Assembly (NCBI GenBank): GCA_964291265.2
Contig: OZ219747.1
Coordinates: 480,001-544,000 of the forward strand
Length of the DNA: 64,000 nucleotides
Direction of reading: 5' to 3'
Origin: Alphaproteobacteria bacterium
GTDB lineage: Bacteria > Pseudomonadota > Alphaproteobacteria > SP197
Below are positions 29,273-38,933 of the stretch, piece by piece. Numbering within the stretch: position 1 is the first letter of the stretch; each line of letters starts with the position of its first letter. A program made the translations under genes and the position numbers. Under the pieces are notes generated by a model. It did not search any database, was not told where the DNA came from, and saw nothing but the letters and a program-made list of their open reading frames with translations.

Positions 29273-29661
29273 TCGGCTTCCTCGGGACGCTGCCCGGTCG
29301 GTTGAAGGCACGATGCACCATGAGGGTGCATGGGCCAGGCGCGATGGGCTGACGGAGGCAGAGCGGGCCGTACATGGTGCCGTTGACGACCGCAGGCACG
29401 GGGCAGGGTTCGCAAGCCCTTCAGCGAACCCGGCGCAGGCTTCGCGGGTCCTGCGCCGACGGTGACCTTGCCATGCATGACGAACTGTCCGGAGGCCAGG
29501 CGGTTCGCCGTGAACCACTGCCCCGATCATGGCGTTGGCCGTGACATCAACACCGATCCGCTCCACCGCAGCCGCCGGCAAGGCGCCGACATCCGGCACC
29601 GGGGGTTCAATGCGTGCCGGCCCGGCGATACCATGACCGGAACCGGAGACGTGCAAACCCG

Positions 29662-31032
29662 ATGCCCGACATGCCGACCAACTCACCGATCGTTGCCGCC
29701 TGGTTGGAGAAGACAAGGGGGTCGCGCGATCTCGCGGGCGAGGCCGGCGGGATCTTCCCCAGTGGCGTGACCCACGACTCCCGTTATCGGGAGCCTTATG
29801 GACTCTATGTCGATCACGCCCGGGGGAGCCGCAAGTGGGATGTCGACGGCAACGAGTATGTCGACTTCTTTGGTGGCCACGGCTCGCTCATCCTCGGACA
29901 CGGCAATCCGGCAGTCGTCGAGGCGGTGAGGCGGGCTGTTGGCGAGGGCACCCACTTCGGCGCCGGTCACAGGGCGGAAGTGCGCTGGGGCCGCCTGGTC
30001 TGCAACCTCGTGCCTTCGGCGGAACGTGTGCGGTTTGTCTCCTCGGGCACCGAGGCAACCCTGATGTGCCTGCGCCTCGCCCGCGCGTTCACGGGCAGGC
30101 GCAAGATCCTCCGCTTCACCCATCATTTCCATGGCTGGCACGACCACGTCGCCTCGGCCCGGATCTCGAGCGGCGGCGCCCATGCAGCGGGCGTCGTCCC
30201 GGGGATCGAGGAAGACCTCGTCGTTGCCGACTCCGCTGACCGCGCCGCGCTCCGGGAAGCGTTCCGCACCCATGACGACATCGCCGCTGCCATCATCGAA
30301 CCGACAGGGGCCACGTTCGGCCGGCTTCCGGTCGACCCGGACTTCGTCCGGCTCTTGCGCGACGAGACGGAACGTCACGGAGCCCTCCTCATCCTCGACG
30401 AGGTGGTGACCGGATTCCGCGTGTCACCGGGAGGCGCCCAGGAGTCGCTCGGCATCACGCCCGATCTCACGGCCCTGGCAAAGATCCTGGCCGGCGGCTT
30501 TCCCGGCGGCGCGGTGGCCGGGCGCCGGGACGTCATGGAGATGCTCGATTTCGAGGCCACGCGACGGGATGGCCGCACCAAGGTCGACCACTTCGGCACC
30601 TTCAACGCCAATCCCGTTTCGGCCGCCGCAGGCATCGCCGCCCTGGACCAGATTGCCGACGGCGCCATGTGCGAGCGCGCCAGCGACACGGCGGCCGCGC
30701 TCCGGGACGGCATCAACCGCGTCGTCAGCGAGGCCGGCGTCTCCTGGGCCGCCTATGGAACCCACTCGTCCTTCCACATCTTTCTCAATCCCCGGCGCCT
30801 CGACGTGGCGCCGGGATCCTTCGACGGTTCCGGCGTGGCGCCCGATGATCTCCTGTACCTGCCGAAACCACTCGCCACCCGTTTCGATCTCGCCATGATG
30901 CTGGGCGGCGTCACCATGGGCGGATCGCCCGGCGGATACGTGTCGGGCGTCATGGAGGGCGCCGATGTCGACGTGACGGTGGAAGCGGTCCGCGGTGCGA
31001 TCCGCATGCTGCGGGCCGAGGACGCCCTGTGA
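29662..31032 (+). CDS. Class III aminotransferase (GSA-aminomutase-like)
   Basis: WDVDGNEYVD, SSGTEA, FHGWHD, IIEP, LDEVVTGFR, PLP Lys LAKILAGG, GTFNANP. Confidence 0.88.
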   Translation: MPDMPTNSPIVAAWLEKTRGSRDLAGEAGGIFPSGVTHDSRYREPYGLYVDHARGSRKWDVDGNEYVDFFGGHGSLILGHGNPAVVEAVRRAVGEGTHFGAGHRAEVRWGRLVCNLVPSAERVRFVSSGTEATLMCLRLARAFTGRRKILRFTHHFHGWHDHVASARISSGGAHAAGVVPGIEEDLVVADSADRAALREAFRTHDDIAAAIIEPTGATFGRLPVDPDFVRLLRDETERHGALLILDEVVTGFRVSPGGAQESLGITPDLTALAKILAGGFPGGAVAGRRDVMEMLDFEATRRDGRTKVDHFGTFNANPVSAAAGIAALDQIADGAMCERASDTAAALRDGINRVVSEAGVSWAAYGTHSSFHIFLNPRRLDVAPGSFDGSGVAPDDLLYLPKPLATRFDLAMMLGGVTMGGSPGGYVSGVMEGADVDVTVEAVRGAIRMLRAEDAL

Positions 31033-31104
31033 ATCGGCCGCGCGCCATGGTCCCCTCGCGAATCGGCAGGGCGGACTTCTCGACGCTCATGGCGACGAAA
31101 CCAC
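30140..31104 (+). repeat. Copy 1 of a ~965-bp direct repeat
   Basis: Near-identical to 34946-35910 at an offset of 4806. Confidence 0.93.
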
Positions 31105-31319
31105 CCGGTTGCCCCCGTGTGAGGACCACCGCGCCGGAGCAAGCCGTTGTGTCATCGGCATTCAGCCCGGGCGGCGCTTGAGCGGCAGCGCCCGCCGCGC
31201 ACTTGCCGAGTCAGTCCTGCGAACCGCCGCGCGACTTCCGAGCGGCACGACAGGAAGCGCGAAGCGACGATGCAATGCGCGCAGTCTCGTTCATCGGCAG
31301 CGGCCATTCGCCCGGCCCG

Positions 31320-31600
31320 TACCGTTGGCGAACGTGCGGGCAGTAGAGCGTCCGCATCTACGGCAACTGGCGCGTGGTGTTCCGCTTCGAGGACGGCGAG
31401 GCCGTGGACCTGAGCGACCCTCGCTGACAGAAAGGGCGATGACCATGAACGATGTTGCAGGTGATCGCGTCGACCCGATGCGGAACCCGTCACATCCGGG
31501 CGAACTCATCCGCGAGAACATGGACGATGCGGGCTGGCACGTGACCGGGACGGCGACGCGTCCTCGGTTGCCAGCGGGGAACGCTGTCGCGCCTGCCGCC
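31320..31600 (+). pseudogene. Degraded HigB toxin / HigA antitoxin pair
   Basis: SVRIYGNWRVVFRFEDGEAVD, then MRNPSHPGELIRENMDDAGW. Confidence 0.7.
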
Positions 31601-31816
31601 AGCACCGATCAGGCACGCCGGACCCCGGCAGACGGACAACCCAACGCACCGGAACACGAGACCGCTCGGACCTGGACCACCATCTCTCGCGGCCGAACCG
31701 GAGCCACAGGGCAAATCTTCCGCTTGCATGACGGCGGTGCGACGGTCTATGGTTCTGCATGATCGTTGCGACGGGTAATTTCGGACTTGACTTCCTGCCT
31801 TGATCTTGGTGTAGAA

Positions 31817-31886
31817 TCGCGTCTCGCGTCTCGCGTCTCGCGTCTCGCGTCTCGCGTCTCGCGTCTCGCGTCTCGCGTCTCGCGTC
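31817..31886. repeat. Perfect heptanucleotide tandem repeat (TCGCGTC)10
   Basis: Counted directly; begins at the last base of TAGAAT (31812-31817). Confidence 0.97.
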
Positions 31887-32250
31887 TCTTCTATGCGCCG
31901 GATTTCGGCGTCGATGTGCCTGGTCGCCTTCGGGAGACCCCTCCCCCTTTGATACTGTCTTCCCCGCCCGTGCGTCCTCTGCTGGAGGAGCGCCGGGCGC
32001 AGGCAGACGAATACGTTGTCGGGCAGTGGTTGCCGGGCAGTGCGCGGGAGTGCGCACGTCGCGTCGGTGGCAAGACCGCTTCTCGACCGGACCGGTTACA
32101 CCCGGCACGACTTCTGCCACGACCTTCCCGAGGCCGTGGCTCCATCCTTCATCCGCAGTGACTCACCGCCCCGACGGGCGCCTGTTCCGACGCCTGTCGG
32201 CCAATGAGCGTTGCGGATGGACTTAACTTGAGCTGCAAGGAGACGAAACG

Positions 32251-34713
32251 ATGACGACAGGCATAACGTGGGCCGGTACGTCCGGCGACGACACCAAAGT
32301 CGGCGGCGACGGCGACGACACGCTGGTAGGCAACGCGGGCGACGACACGCTGAGTGGCGGCAAGGGCGCCGACACGTTGACGGGCGACGATGTGGATTTC
32401 CTGGTCAGCGGCGACGACACGCTCAATGGCGGCGAGGGCGACGATACCCTCGACGGCGGCAACGGCGACGATACGCTCCATGGCGACGAGGGCGACGACA
32501 CTCTGTATGGCGGCGACGGCAACGACACCCTCGACGGCGGCGTGGGAGGCGACCTGCTCTACGGCGGCAACGGCAACGATACGCTCCGTGGCAACGCGGG
32601 CGACGACACGCTGAATGGCGGCACGGGCGACGACGCGCTGTATGGCGGCACGGGCGTCGACACCCTCATCGGCGGCGCGGGGGATGACACCCTCACCGGC
32701 GGCGCGGGCGACGACTTTCTGTTCGGCGGCGACGGAGACGACACGTTCGTGTTCAGAGCCGGAGACGGCGACGACATCATAGGCGGGTTCCAGGACGGCG
32801 ACATCATCAAGTTCGACGGCGTGGCCGGGGTGGGCCAGTTCAGCGACCTGACGGTGGAGGAAAAGGACGTTACCAACAGCGGGGGTGAAAAGACCGGCAC
32901 CAAAGTCGTCATCACCTACGGGGCCAACGGGGACACGATCACGCTGAACGGCCTGGGCTTGGGGGATATCGGCTCGGCCGACTTCGCGTTTGCGGACACC
33001 TCGGGCAACTACGAGCTGACCGGCGGCGCGGGCGACGACACCCTCACCGGCGGCACCGGCAGTGACACCCTCACCGGCGGCGCCGGCGACGACACCCTCA
33101 CCGGCGGCGCCGGCGACGACACCCTCACCGGCGGCGCCGGCGACGACACATTCGTGTTCAGAGCCGGGGACGGCGACGACACGATCACCGATTTCCAGGA
33201 TGGCGACACGATCAAGTTCGACAGCGTGCCCGGGGTGGACGATTTCAACGATCTGACGGTGCATCAAGTTGGCGCCGATGTCGTCATCACCTACGGCGCC
33301 GGCGGGGACCGGGGAACGATCACGCTGACAGACGCAGACCTCGGGGATATCGGCACGACAGACTTTACGTTTGTCGCCGCCCCCGCTCCCCGCCCCGCCT
33401 CCAATCCCGTGCGCGAGATCCCGGGGAAGACGCTGACGGGCACCTCGGGCAACGACGAGCTGATTGGCGGCGAAGGCGCCGACACGATCAGTGGTGGCGA
33501 AGGCGATGACAAACTGGTGGGCAACGGAGGCGACGACACCCTTAATGGCGACGGTGGCGATGACACCCTCTATGGCAACGCGGGCAACGACAAGCTCTAT
33601 GGCGGCGACAACACTGGCAATGGCTGGGAGACTCTCTACGGCGGCGAGGGCGACGACACGCTGTATGGCCAGGCAGGTGACGACACGCTGTATGGCCAAG
33701 CCGGCGACGACACCCTGTATGGCGGCACGGGCGAGGACGCTCTTCACGGCGGCAACGGCGACGACACGCTCGATGGCGGCGCCGGCGACGACAGGCTATG
33801 GGGCAAAACCGGCAACGACACGTTCGTGTTTACGGGCGGGGACGGCGACGACACGATCATCGACTTCCAGGACGGCGACAAGATCAAGTTCGACGGCGTA
33901 CCCGGAGTGACCACGTACGATGACCTGAATGTCGCTGTCGACCTTACTGAAAACCAGACCGTCATCACCTACGGCACCGGAGAGAACCGGGGTACGATCA
34001 CGCTCACCGGCGTGGTTTCTGGCTTCGACGCGAATGATGTCGAGATTGTCTCCCCCGACGACCTTGTACGCACCACTACCCCAGTGTCGAAGACGGGCAC
34101 GTCGGCCGACGAAAAGCTCAATGGCGGCGATGGCAACGACACGCTCAACGGTGGCGGCGGCAATGACCGCGTGAGAGCGTTCAAGGGCGACGACACGATC
34201 AATGGCGGCACCGGCGACGACTGGCTGGCCGGGCTCAAGGGCGACGACACGATCAACGGCGATGCCGGCGACGACACGCTCCGCGGCGGCGCCGGCGATG
34301 ACATTCTGAACGGAGGCGCCGGCCACGACAGGCTCAATGGCGGCGCGGGCAATGACACCCTGACGGGCGGCGACGGCAATGACAAGCTGTTTGGCAGCGA
34401 CGGCAATGACACCCTGACGGGCGGCGTCGGCGACGACTGGCTCCAGGGTGGCGCCGGCAACGACACGCTGACCGGCGGGGCCGGCAACGACACCTTCCTC
34501 TACAACGGAAGGGGCGATGACACCATCTCGGACTTCGCTGCGGGGGACACCATCGCGTTGAGGAACATTGATGGGGTCACCGCGTTCAGCGACATCACCG
34601 TTGATTCCACGGAAGGCGGCTTCGAGATCACCTTCGGTGACAGCAGCGCCGACACCCTGACCGTCACGTCCAGCCTGCAGGAACTTGACGCCGAACACTT
34701 CGACTTCCTGTGA
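32251..34713 (+). CDS. RTX-type calcium-binding repeat protein, probable T1SS substrate (820 aa)
   Basis: Dozens of GGxGxDxL nonapeptides in four blocks, each closed by a GDDTIxDFxxGDxI...ITYG module; C-terminal HFDFL; GGAG RBS. Confidence 0.9.
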   Translation: MTTGITWAGTSGDDTKVGGDGDDTLVGNAGDDTLSGGKGADTLTGDDVDFLVSGDDTLNGGEGDDTLDGGNGDDTLHGDEGDDTLYGGDGNDTLDGGVGGDLLYGGNGNDTLRGNAGDDTLNGGTGDDALYGGTGVDTLIGGAGDDTLTGGAGDDFLFGGDGDDTFVFRAGDGDDIIGGFQDGDIIKFDGVAGVGQFSDLTVEEKDVTNSGGEKTGTKVVITYGANGDTITLNGLGLGDIGSADFAFADTSGNYELTGGAGDDTLTGGTGSDTLTGGAGDDTLTGGAGDDTLTGGAGDDTFVFRAGDGDDTITDFQDGDTIKFDSVPGVDDFNDLTVHQVGADVVITYGAGGDRGTITLTDADLGDIGTTDFTFVAAPAPRPASNPVREIPGKTLTGTSGNDELIGGEGADTISGGEGDDKLVGNGGDDTLNGDGGDDTLYGNAGNDKLYGGDNTGNGWETLYGGEGDDTLYGQAGDDTLYGQAGDDTLYGGTGEDALHGGNGDDTLDGGAGDDRLWGKTGNDTFVFTGGDGDDTIIDFQDGDKIKFDGVPGVTTYDDLNVAVDLTENQTVITYGTGENRGTITLTGVVSGFDANDVEIVSPDDLVRTTTPVSKTGTSADEKLNGGDGNDTLNGGGGNDRVRAFKGDDTINGGTGDDWLAGLKGDDTINGDAGDDTLRGGAGDDILNGGAGHDRLNGGAGNDTLTGGDGNDKLFGSDGNDTLTGGVGDDWLQGGAGNDTLTGGAGNDTFLYNGRGDDTISDFAAGDTIALRNIDGVTAFSDITVDSTEGGFEITFGDSSADTLTVTSSLQELDAEHFDFL

Positions 34714-34739
34714 TGCGTTTCGCGCGCAGGGCCGCCACC

Positions 34740-34915
34740 CGCGGCCCTGCGTTGCGTCCATGCGATCGAAGGCAAAGTTGCGTGCGCCCGAGGGGAAGAC
34801 GCGCAGGAGCAGGCTGGGGATGGTATCACTGTGGATGTCGGTCGTAGCGCTTCTCGCGCGGTCTGGCGACGCGAACGCACCGTGCGACGATGGACTTCGG
34901 ATTGTCGCCCATAGT
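34740..34915 (-). pseudogene. Tyrosine-integrase arm-binding domain remnant
   Basis: DTIPSLLLRVFPSGARNFAFDRM resembles the D..PGL.LRV.PSG.RSF N-terminal motif. Confidence 0.45.
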
Positions 34916-34945
34916 TGGCGGCTCCTGTCTAACCCGAAGTTCCAG

Positions 34946-35910
34946 ATGACCATGTCGCCTCGGCCCGGATCTCGAGCGGCGGCGCCCATGCAGCGGGCGT
35001 CGTCCCGGGGATCGAGGAAGACCTCGTCGTTGCCGACTCCGCTGACCGCGCCGCGCTCCGGGAAGCGTTCCGCACCCATGACGACATCGCCGCTGCCATC
35101 ATCGAACCGACAGGGGCCACGTTCGGCCGGCTTCCGGTCGACCCGGACTTCGTCCGGCTCTTGCGCGACGAGACGGAACGTCACGGAGCCCTCCTCATCC
35201 TCGACGAGGTGGTGACCGGATTCCGCGTGTCACCGGGAGGCGCCCAGGAGTCGCTCGGCATCACGCCCGATCTCACGGCCCTGGCAAAGATCCTGGCCGG
35301 CGGCTTTCCCGGCGGCGCGGTGGCCGGGCGCCGGGACGTCATGGAGATGCTCGATTTCGAGGCCACGCGACGGGATGGCCGCACCAAGGTCGACCACTTC
35401 GGCACCTTCAACGCCAATCCCGTTTCGGCCGCCGCAGGCATCGCCGCCCTGGACCAGATTGCCGACGGCGCCATGTGCGAGCGCGCCAGCGACACGGCGG
35501 CCGCGCTCCGGGACGGCATCAACCGCGTCGTCAGCGAGGCCGGCGTCTCCTGGGCCGCCTATGGAACCCACTCGTCCTTCCACATCTTTCTCAATCCCCG
35601 GCGCCTCGACGTGGCGCCGGGATCCTTCGACGGTTCCGGCGTGGCGCCCGATGATCTCCTGTACCTGCCGAAACCACTCGCCACCCGTTTCGATCTCGCC
35701 ATGATGCTGGGCGGCGTCACCATGGGCGGATCGCCCGGCGGATACGTGTCGGGCGTCATGGAGGGCGCCGATGTCGACGTGACGGTGGAAGCGGTCCGCG
35801 GTGCGATCCGCATGCTGCGGGCCGAGGACGCCCTGTGAATCGGCCGCGCGCCATGGTCCCCTCGCGAATCGGCAGGGCGGACCTCTCGACGCTCATGGCG
35901 ACGGAACCAC
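34946..35910 (+). repeat. Copy 2 of the direct repeat: 5'-truncated duplicate of the aminotransferase gene
   Basis: Translations match 30140-31104; the few substitutions seen are near the ends. Confidence 0.93.
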
Positions 35911-35995
35911 TGTGCGAATAGGGAGTTTCGCTGGCCTTCAGTTGCAAGGTGGAGAGGTGGTGCGCAAGGCGATGGGTTGACCGGCCCATCTCGTC

Positions 35996-37219
35996 CTATG
36001 CCGTATCCCGGATCGCTGTCGCGTAGATGGCGAGGTCCGATGGGCTCATCCGAAGCTGTCGCGCTGTCTCTTGCCAACCGTCTATTGCGGATGCGACTTC
36101 ATCGATGATTGCATTGGCCCGGATCAGGTCCAGCGCGAAATACGGTGTAGCGGCGCGGGCCAGATCCAGATCGGCGTTCGGCCCTTCTTCCGATATCCAG
36201 GTCGTCAGTTCGCGCGCCTTTTCGGTCAGCGGCACCGGGTTCAGGTCATAGGCCGGCGAGAGGCGCCACTTGTCGTCGTGGTCGTGCAGGAAGCCATGGT
36301 TGTGGAGGTGATCGTCGAGATTGCCGACCATCACATTGAAGACGGTCCGCCTCCACAGTTCATGCAGGTCTTCGGTGGGTGCGCTTGAATACATTCTGAT
36401 GATTTCTGCGATATCCGTGTAGGTCGCTTCGTCACCGTCGCTGAGGCCGAGTAGGGTCATGGCGGAAATGAACGGGATTCTCCGGTCTTGATCACGGTCG
36501 AATCGCGTGATCAGGGACACCGGTCGACCGGCCACGTCCAGCAGTGTTGCCCGAGCAACATCGATGCCAGCAGCGGCGGCGAGTGTCATCGCGAGGACTT
36601 CGCCATGCGGGATACTGCGATCATCATCGTTCTTCGGAAACTTGGCGATCGCCAGGCGACCGTCATTGTCGATGACGGCGGACTTGGGGCGGGCGCCGCC
36701 GAGCGGCGAACCCTCGTTCAGCAGGAGCTTCAGGTCTTCGGCGGTTTCGGAGTTGGACAATACCGCATCGGCGGCGTCAAGGAGCGCCGGTAGCCGGATC
36801 AGGGGAGGCACACGGTAGCGGCCGATGTTGTGGTCGAAGGTCTCTTCGCCTTCCCGGCGATACCGGAGCGCGCCGATCCTCGTCTGATCGTTGATGGCGA
36901 GGAGATAGTCGATCTCGGACAGGGTGCGCTGCTCGCCGGCTTTGCGAAAGGCGCGCCGAATCAGCTGTTGGCCCCAGCGATCCGGGGCGGTGTCGCGCAG
37001 CGCGCCAGGCAATGCGGACTTGTTGGAGGAAGTATATATCTGGCGGCGTTCCAACGGCAGGTTCTCCGGATCCAGGGCGAAAGCATCGGCGCAGCCGTGC
37101 CACGTGTCGGCGTACTCGAAGACCGAGCTTTGGCCGTGTCGCCTGGCGATGTAGTGGCACCGGCCGACGAGAGGAGTCTGACCCTTGTGGTCGACAAGAA
37201 CCTCGATCGTGTCGGTCAT
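35996..37219 (-). CDS. hipA: HipA family Ser/Thr kinase toxin
   Basis: DTAPDRWG, GSPLGGARPK, IAKFP, ITRFDR, GNLDDHLHNHGF, LSPAYDLNP. Confidence 0.9.
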   Translation of the reverse strand: MTDTIEVLVDHKGQTPLVGRCHYIARRHGQSSVFEYADTWHGCADAFALDPENLPLERRQIYTSSNKSALPGALRDTAPDRWGQQLIRRAFRKAGEQRTLSEIDYLLAINDQTRIGALRYRREGEETFDHNIGRYRVPPLIRLPALLDAADAVLSNSETAEDLKLLLNEGSPLGGARPKSAVIDNDGRLAIAKFPKNDDDRSIPHGEVLAMTLAAAAGIDVARATLLDVAGRPVSLITRFDRDQDRRIPFISAMTLLGLSDGDEATYTDIAEIIRMYSSAPTEDLHELWRRTVFNVMVGNLDDHLHNHGFLHDHDDKWRLSPAYDLNPVPLTEKARELTTWISEEGPNADLDLARAATPYFALDLIRANAIIDEVASAIDGWQETARQLRMSPSDLAIYATAIRDTA

Positions 37220-37551
37220 GACTGTGACCGGGAGCGGCGCCGCGGTTGCACCTTGCTGGGCAATCGATGCTCGTCGATGTCCAGTCCGAGGGAATCGTCG
37301 CGTCGGTCGGCTGCCTGGGCAAGACGGTCGGCGAGCCCCAAGATGGCCAATACGGTCGCATAAATGCCGATCGAGACCGACGGGTCGCCGCGTTCAACCT
37401 TGTAGAGAGTGCCGCGGCTGATGAATACGCGCTCAGCCATCGAGACCGTCGAGATACGACGTTTCTTGCGGGCGACCACGATGTCCTTGCCCAGCTTGGC
37501 GAGGGCCTGTTTCGCTGCTCTGGGAAGCGCATGTGACGCTAGTGTTTTCAT
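37216..37551 (-). CDS. HTH antitoxin partner of HipA (HipB-like)
   Basis: ARKKRRIS..SMAERVFISRGTLYKVERGDPSV; ATGA overlap with hipA. Confidence 0.85.
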   Translation of the reverse strand: MKTLASHALPRAAKQALAKLGKDIVVARKKRRISTVSMAERVFISRGTLYKVERGDPSVSIGIYATVLAILGLADRLAQAADRRDDSLGLDIDEHRLPSKVQPRRRSRSQS

Positions 37552-37611
37552 CGTCTGTCTTATCTGGCAATGAATAGGGCACTCTGTTGTTCAATATATA
37601 AGACATGTGAG

Positions 37612-37815
37612 AGAGCAGTCAACAGACACCCCGTTGCGGTTCTCCATCAGCGCATGGCCCATGTAGCTGAGCTTCGCTTCCTTGTCCTTCCCCTTGCGGT
37701 AGAGCGGGCAATCGTCGTCCGTGGTCGAGCGGTGCGTCGCATTCGACCAGTGCGCGCCATGGAAGTCGCGGGCGGTATTGCGACCGCCGCCGCTGGCGCC
37801 AGCTCCGTCGCCATT
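37612..37815 (-). pseudogene. IS5-family transposase internal fragment
   Basis: DFHG..WSNATHRSTTD.D..LYRKGKDKEAKLSYMGHALMENRNG. Confidence 0.75.
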
Positions 37816-38147
37816 CTCCCCATCGCAGGTAACTGACCAGGTACCCCGCCAAGTCTGAGTCTGTGGTGACGTTGGTCGCGTTGGGTACGGTTTGGGCGTC
37901 TTGACTTGCTTGGTGTCCACCTCCCGTCAGGACTCGTCCAAATCAGACCTGGGCAGTTACTGCATCCGGCAGAAGGAAAAGAGTTCCGCTTTCGGGATCG
38001 ACAGTCGAGGGTTCACGCCGGGCCTCGTCATCCGGCCATGTCGAATTCGGACGTCATTCTCCTGAACGGCGACCGGTTCCGTTCGTCAATATCCTTGTGG
38101 GGGCGGCGGTGTCCGCTCGGCCGGTTGCACGGGAAGGTTCGGCCTCA

Positions 38148-38543
38148 TCACTCGCTTTCGAGGCGTTCCATGTCGTCGTCCGACAACCCGAAGTGGTGGC
38201 CGATCTCGTGGATGATCGTGTTGTGCACGAGATCCTCGAGGGAGTCGTCTCCCTCGGCCCAGGCATCGAGAAGCGGACGCCGATAGAGGTAGATGCGGTT
38301 GAGGTCGTCCATCACGTCGTGGCCGGAGGCCTGGTCGAGGGAGATTCCCTGGTAGAGTCCCAGAAGACCGAATTCGTTGTCGATTCCAAGGGAGTCCAGG
38401 ACATCGGCCTCGGGGAACTCGGTGACGAGAATGGCGATGCCTTCGATGCGGGCCTTCAGGTTCCCGGGGATCATGGCAATCGCCTCACCGGCAATCGCCG
38501 CAATCTCCTCGGCGTCGGGTGGTGGGCCGAAACGTCGCGTCAT
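38148..38543 (-). CDS. Zincin-like minimal metallopeptidase
   Basis: LLGLYQG, IYLYRRP, HEIGHHFGLSD. Confidence 0.85.
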   Translation of the reverse strand: MTRRFGPPPDAEEIAAIAGEAIAMIPGNLKARIEGIAILVTEFPEADVLDSLGIDNEFGLLGLYQGISLDQASGHDVMDDLNRIYLYRRPLLDAWAEGDDSLEDLVHNTIIHEIGHHFGLSDDDMERLESE

Positions 38544-38621
38544 GGAACCCGGACCATAGCCGCTCTTGCCGAGGCGGCCAACTCGCCGGACAATCCGTTT
38601 CGCAAGATGAGGACACGTTCG

Positions 38622-38933
38622 ATGGCAGACACACTTTCTCAGGCAGCGCTCCGCGAGGCGCTCGCCTCCCTGGAGGACTGGACCATGTCCGCAGGCGGGA
38701 ACGCGCTGCAAAGGACCTACCGCTTCAGTGATTTCATGGCGGCCTTCGGCTTCATGGGTCGCGTCGCCGTCTACGCCGATGTCGTCGATCACCATCCCGA
38801 GTGGTTCAATGTCTACAACCGGGTCGACGTCACCCTGACGAGCCACGATGCCGGTGGCGTCACGCGCCGCGACATCGAGATGGCTCGCTTCATGGACCGC
38901 GCGGCCAGCAAGTCGGGAGCGCTCGTCAGTTGA
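38622..38933 (+). CDS. phhB: Pterin-4a-carbinolamine dehydratase
   Basis: AFGFM, DHHPEWFNVYNRV, TSHDAGG. Confidence 0.9.
   Translation: MADTLSQAALREALASLEDWTMSAGGNALQRTYRFSDFMAAFGFMGRVAVYADVVDHHPEWFNVYNRVDVTLTSHDAGGVTRRDIEMARFMDRAASKSGALVS

Noticed and set aside
29406-29457. Two adjacent GC hairpins as a REP or ncRNA
   Set aside because: Only 8-bp stems in GC-rich DNA, with no second copy noticed
31766-32161. ORFs with SRLASRV or RRETRDA repeats
   Set aside because: Translations of the heptamer tract with no other coding signal
32149-33747. 532-aa repetitive minus-strand ORF
   Set aside because: Antisense shadow of the RTX repeats
30140-35910. Diversity-generating retroelement template/variable repeat pair
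   Set aside because: Copies are nearly identical, differences are not adenine-specific, and no RT is present
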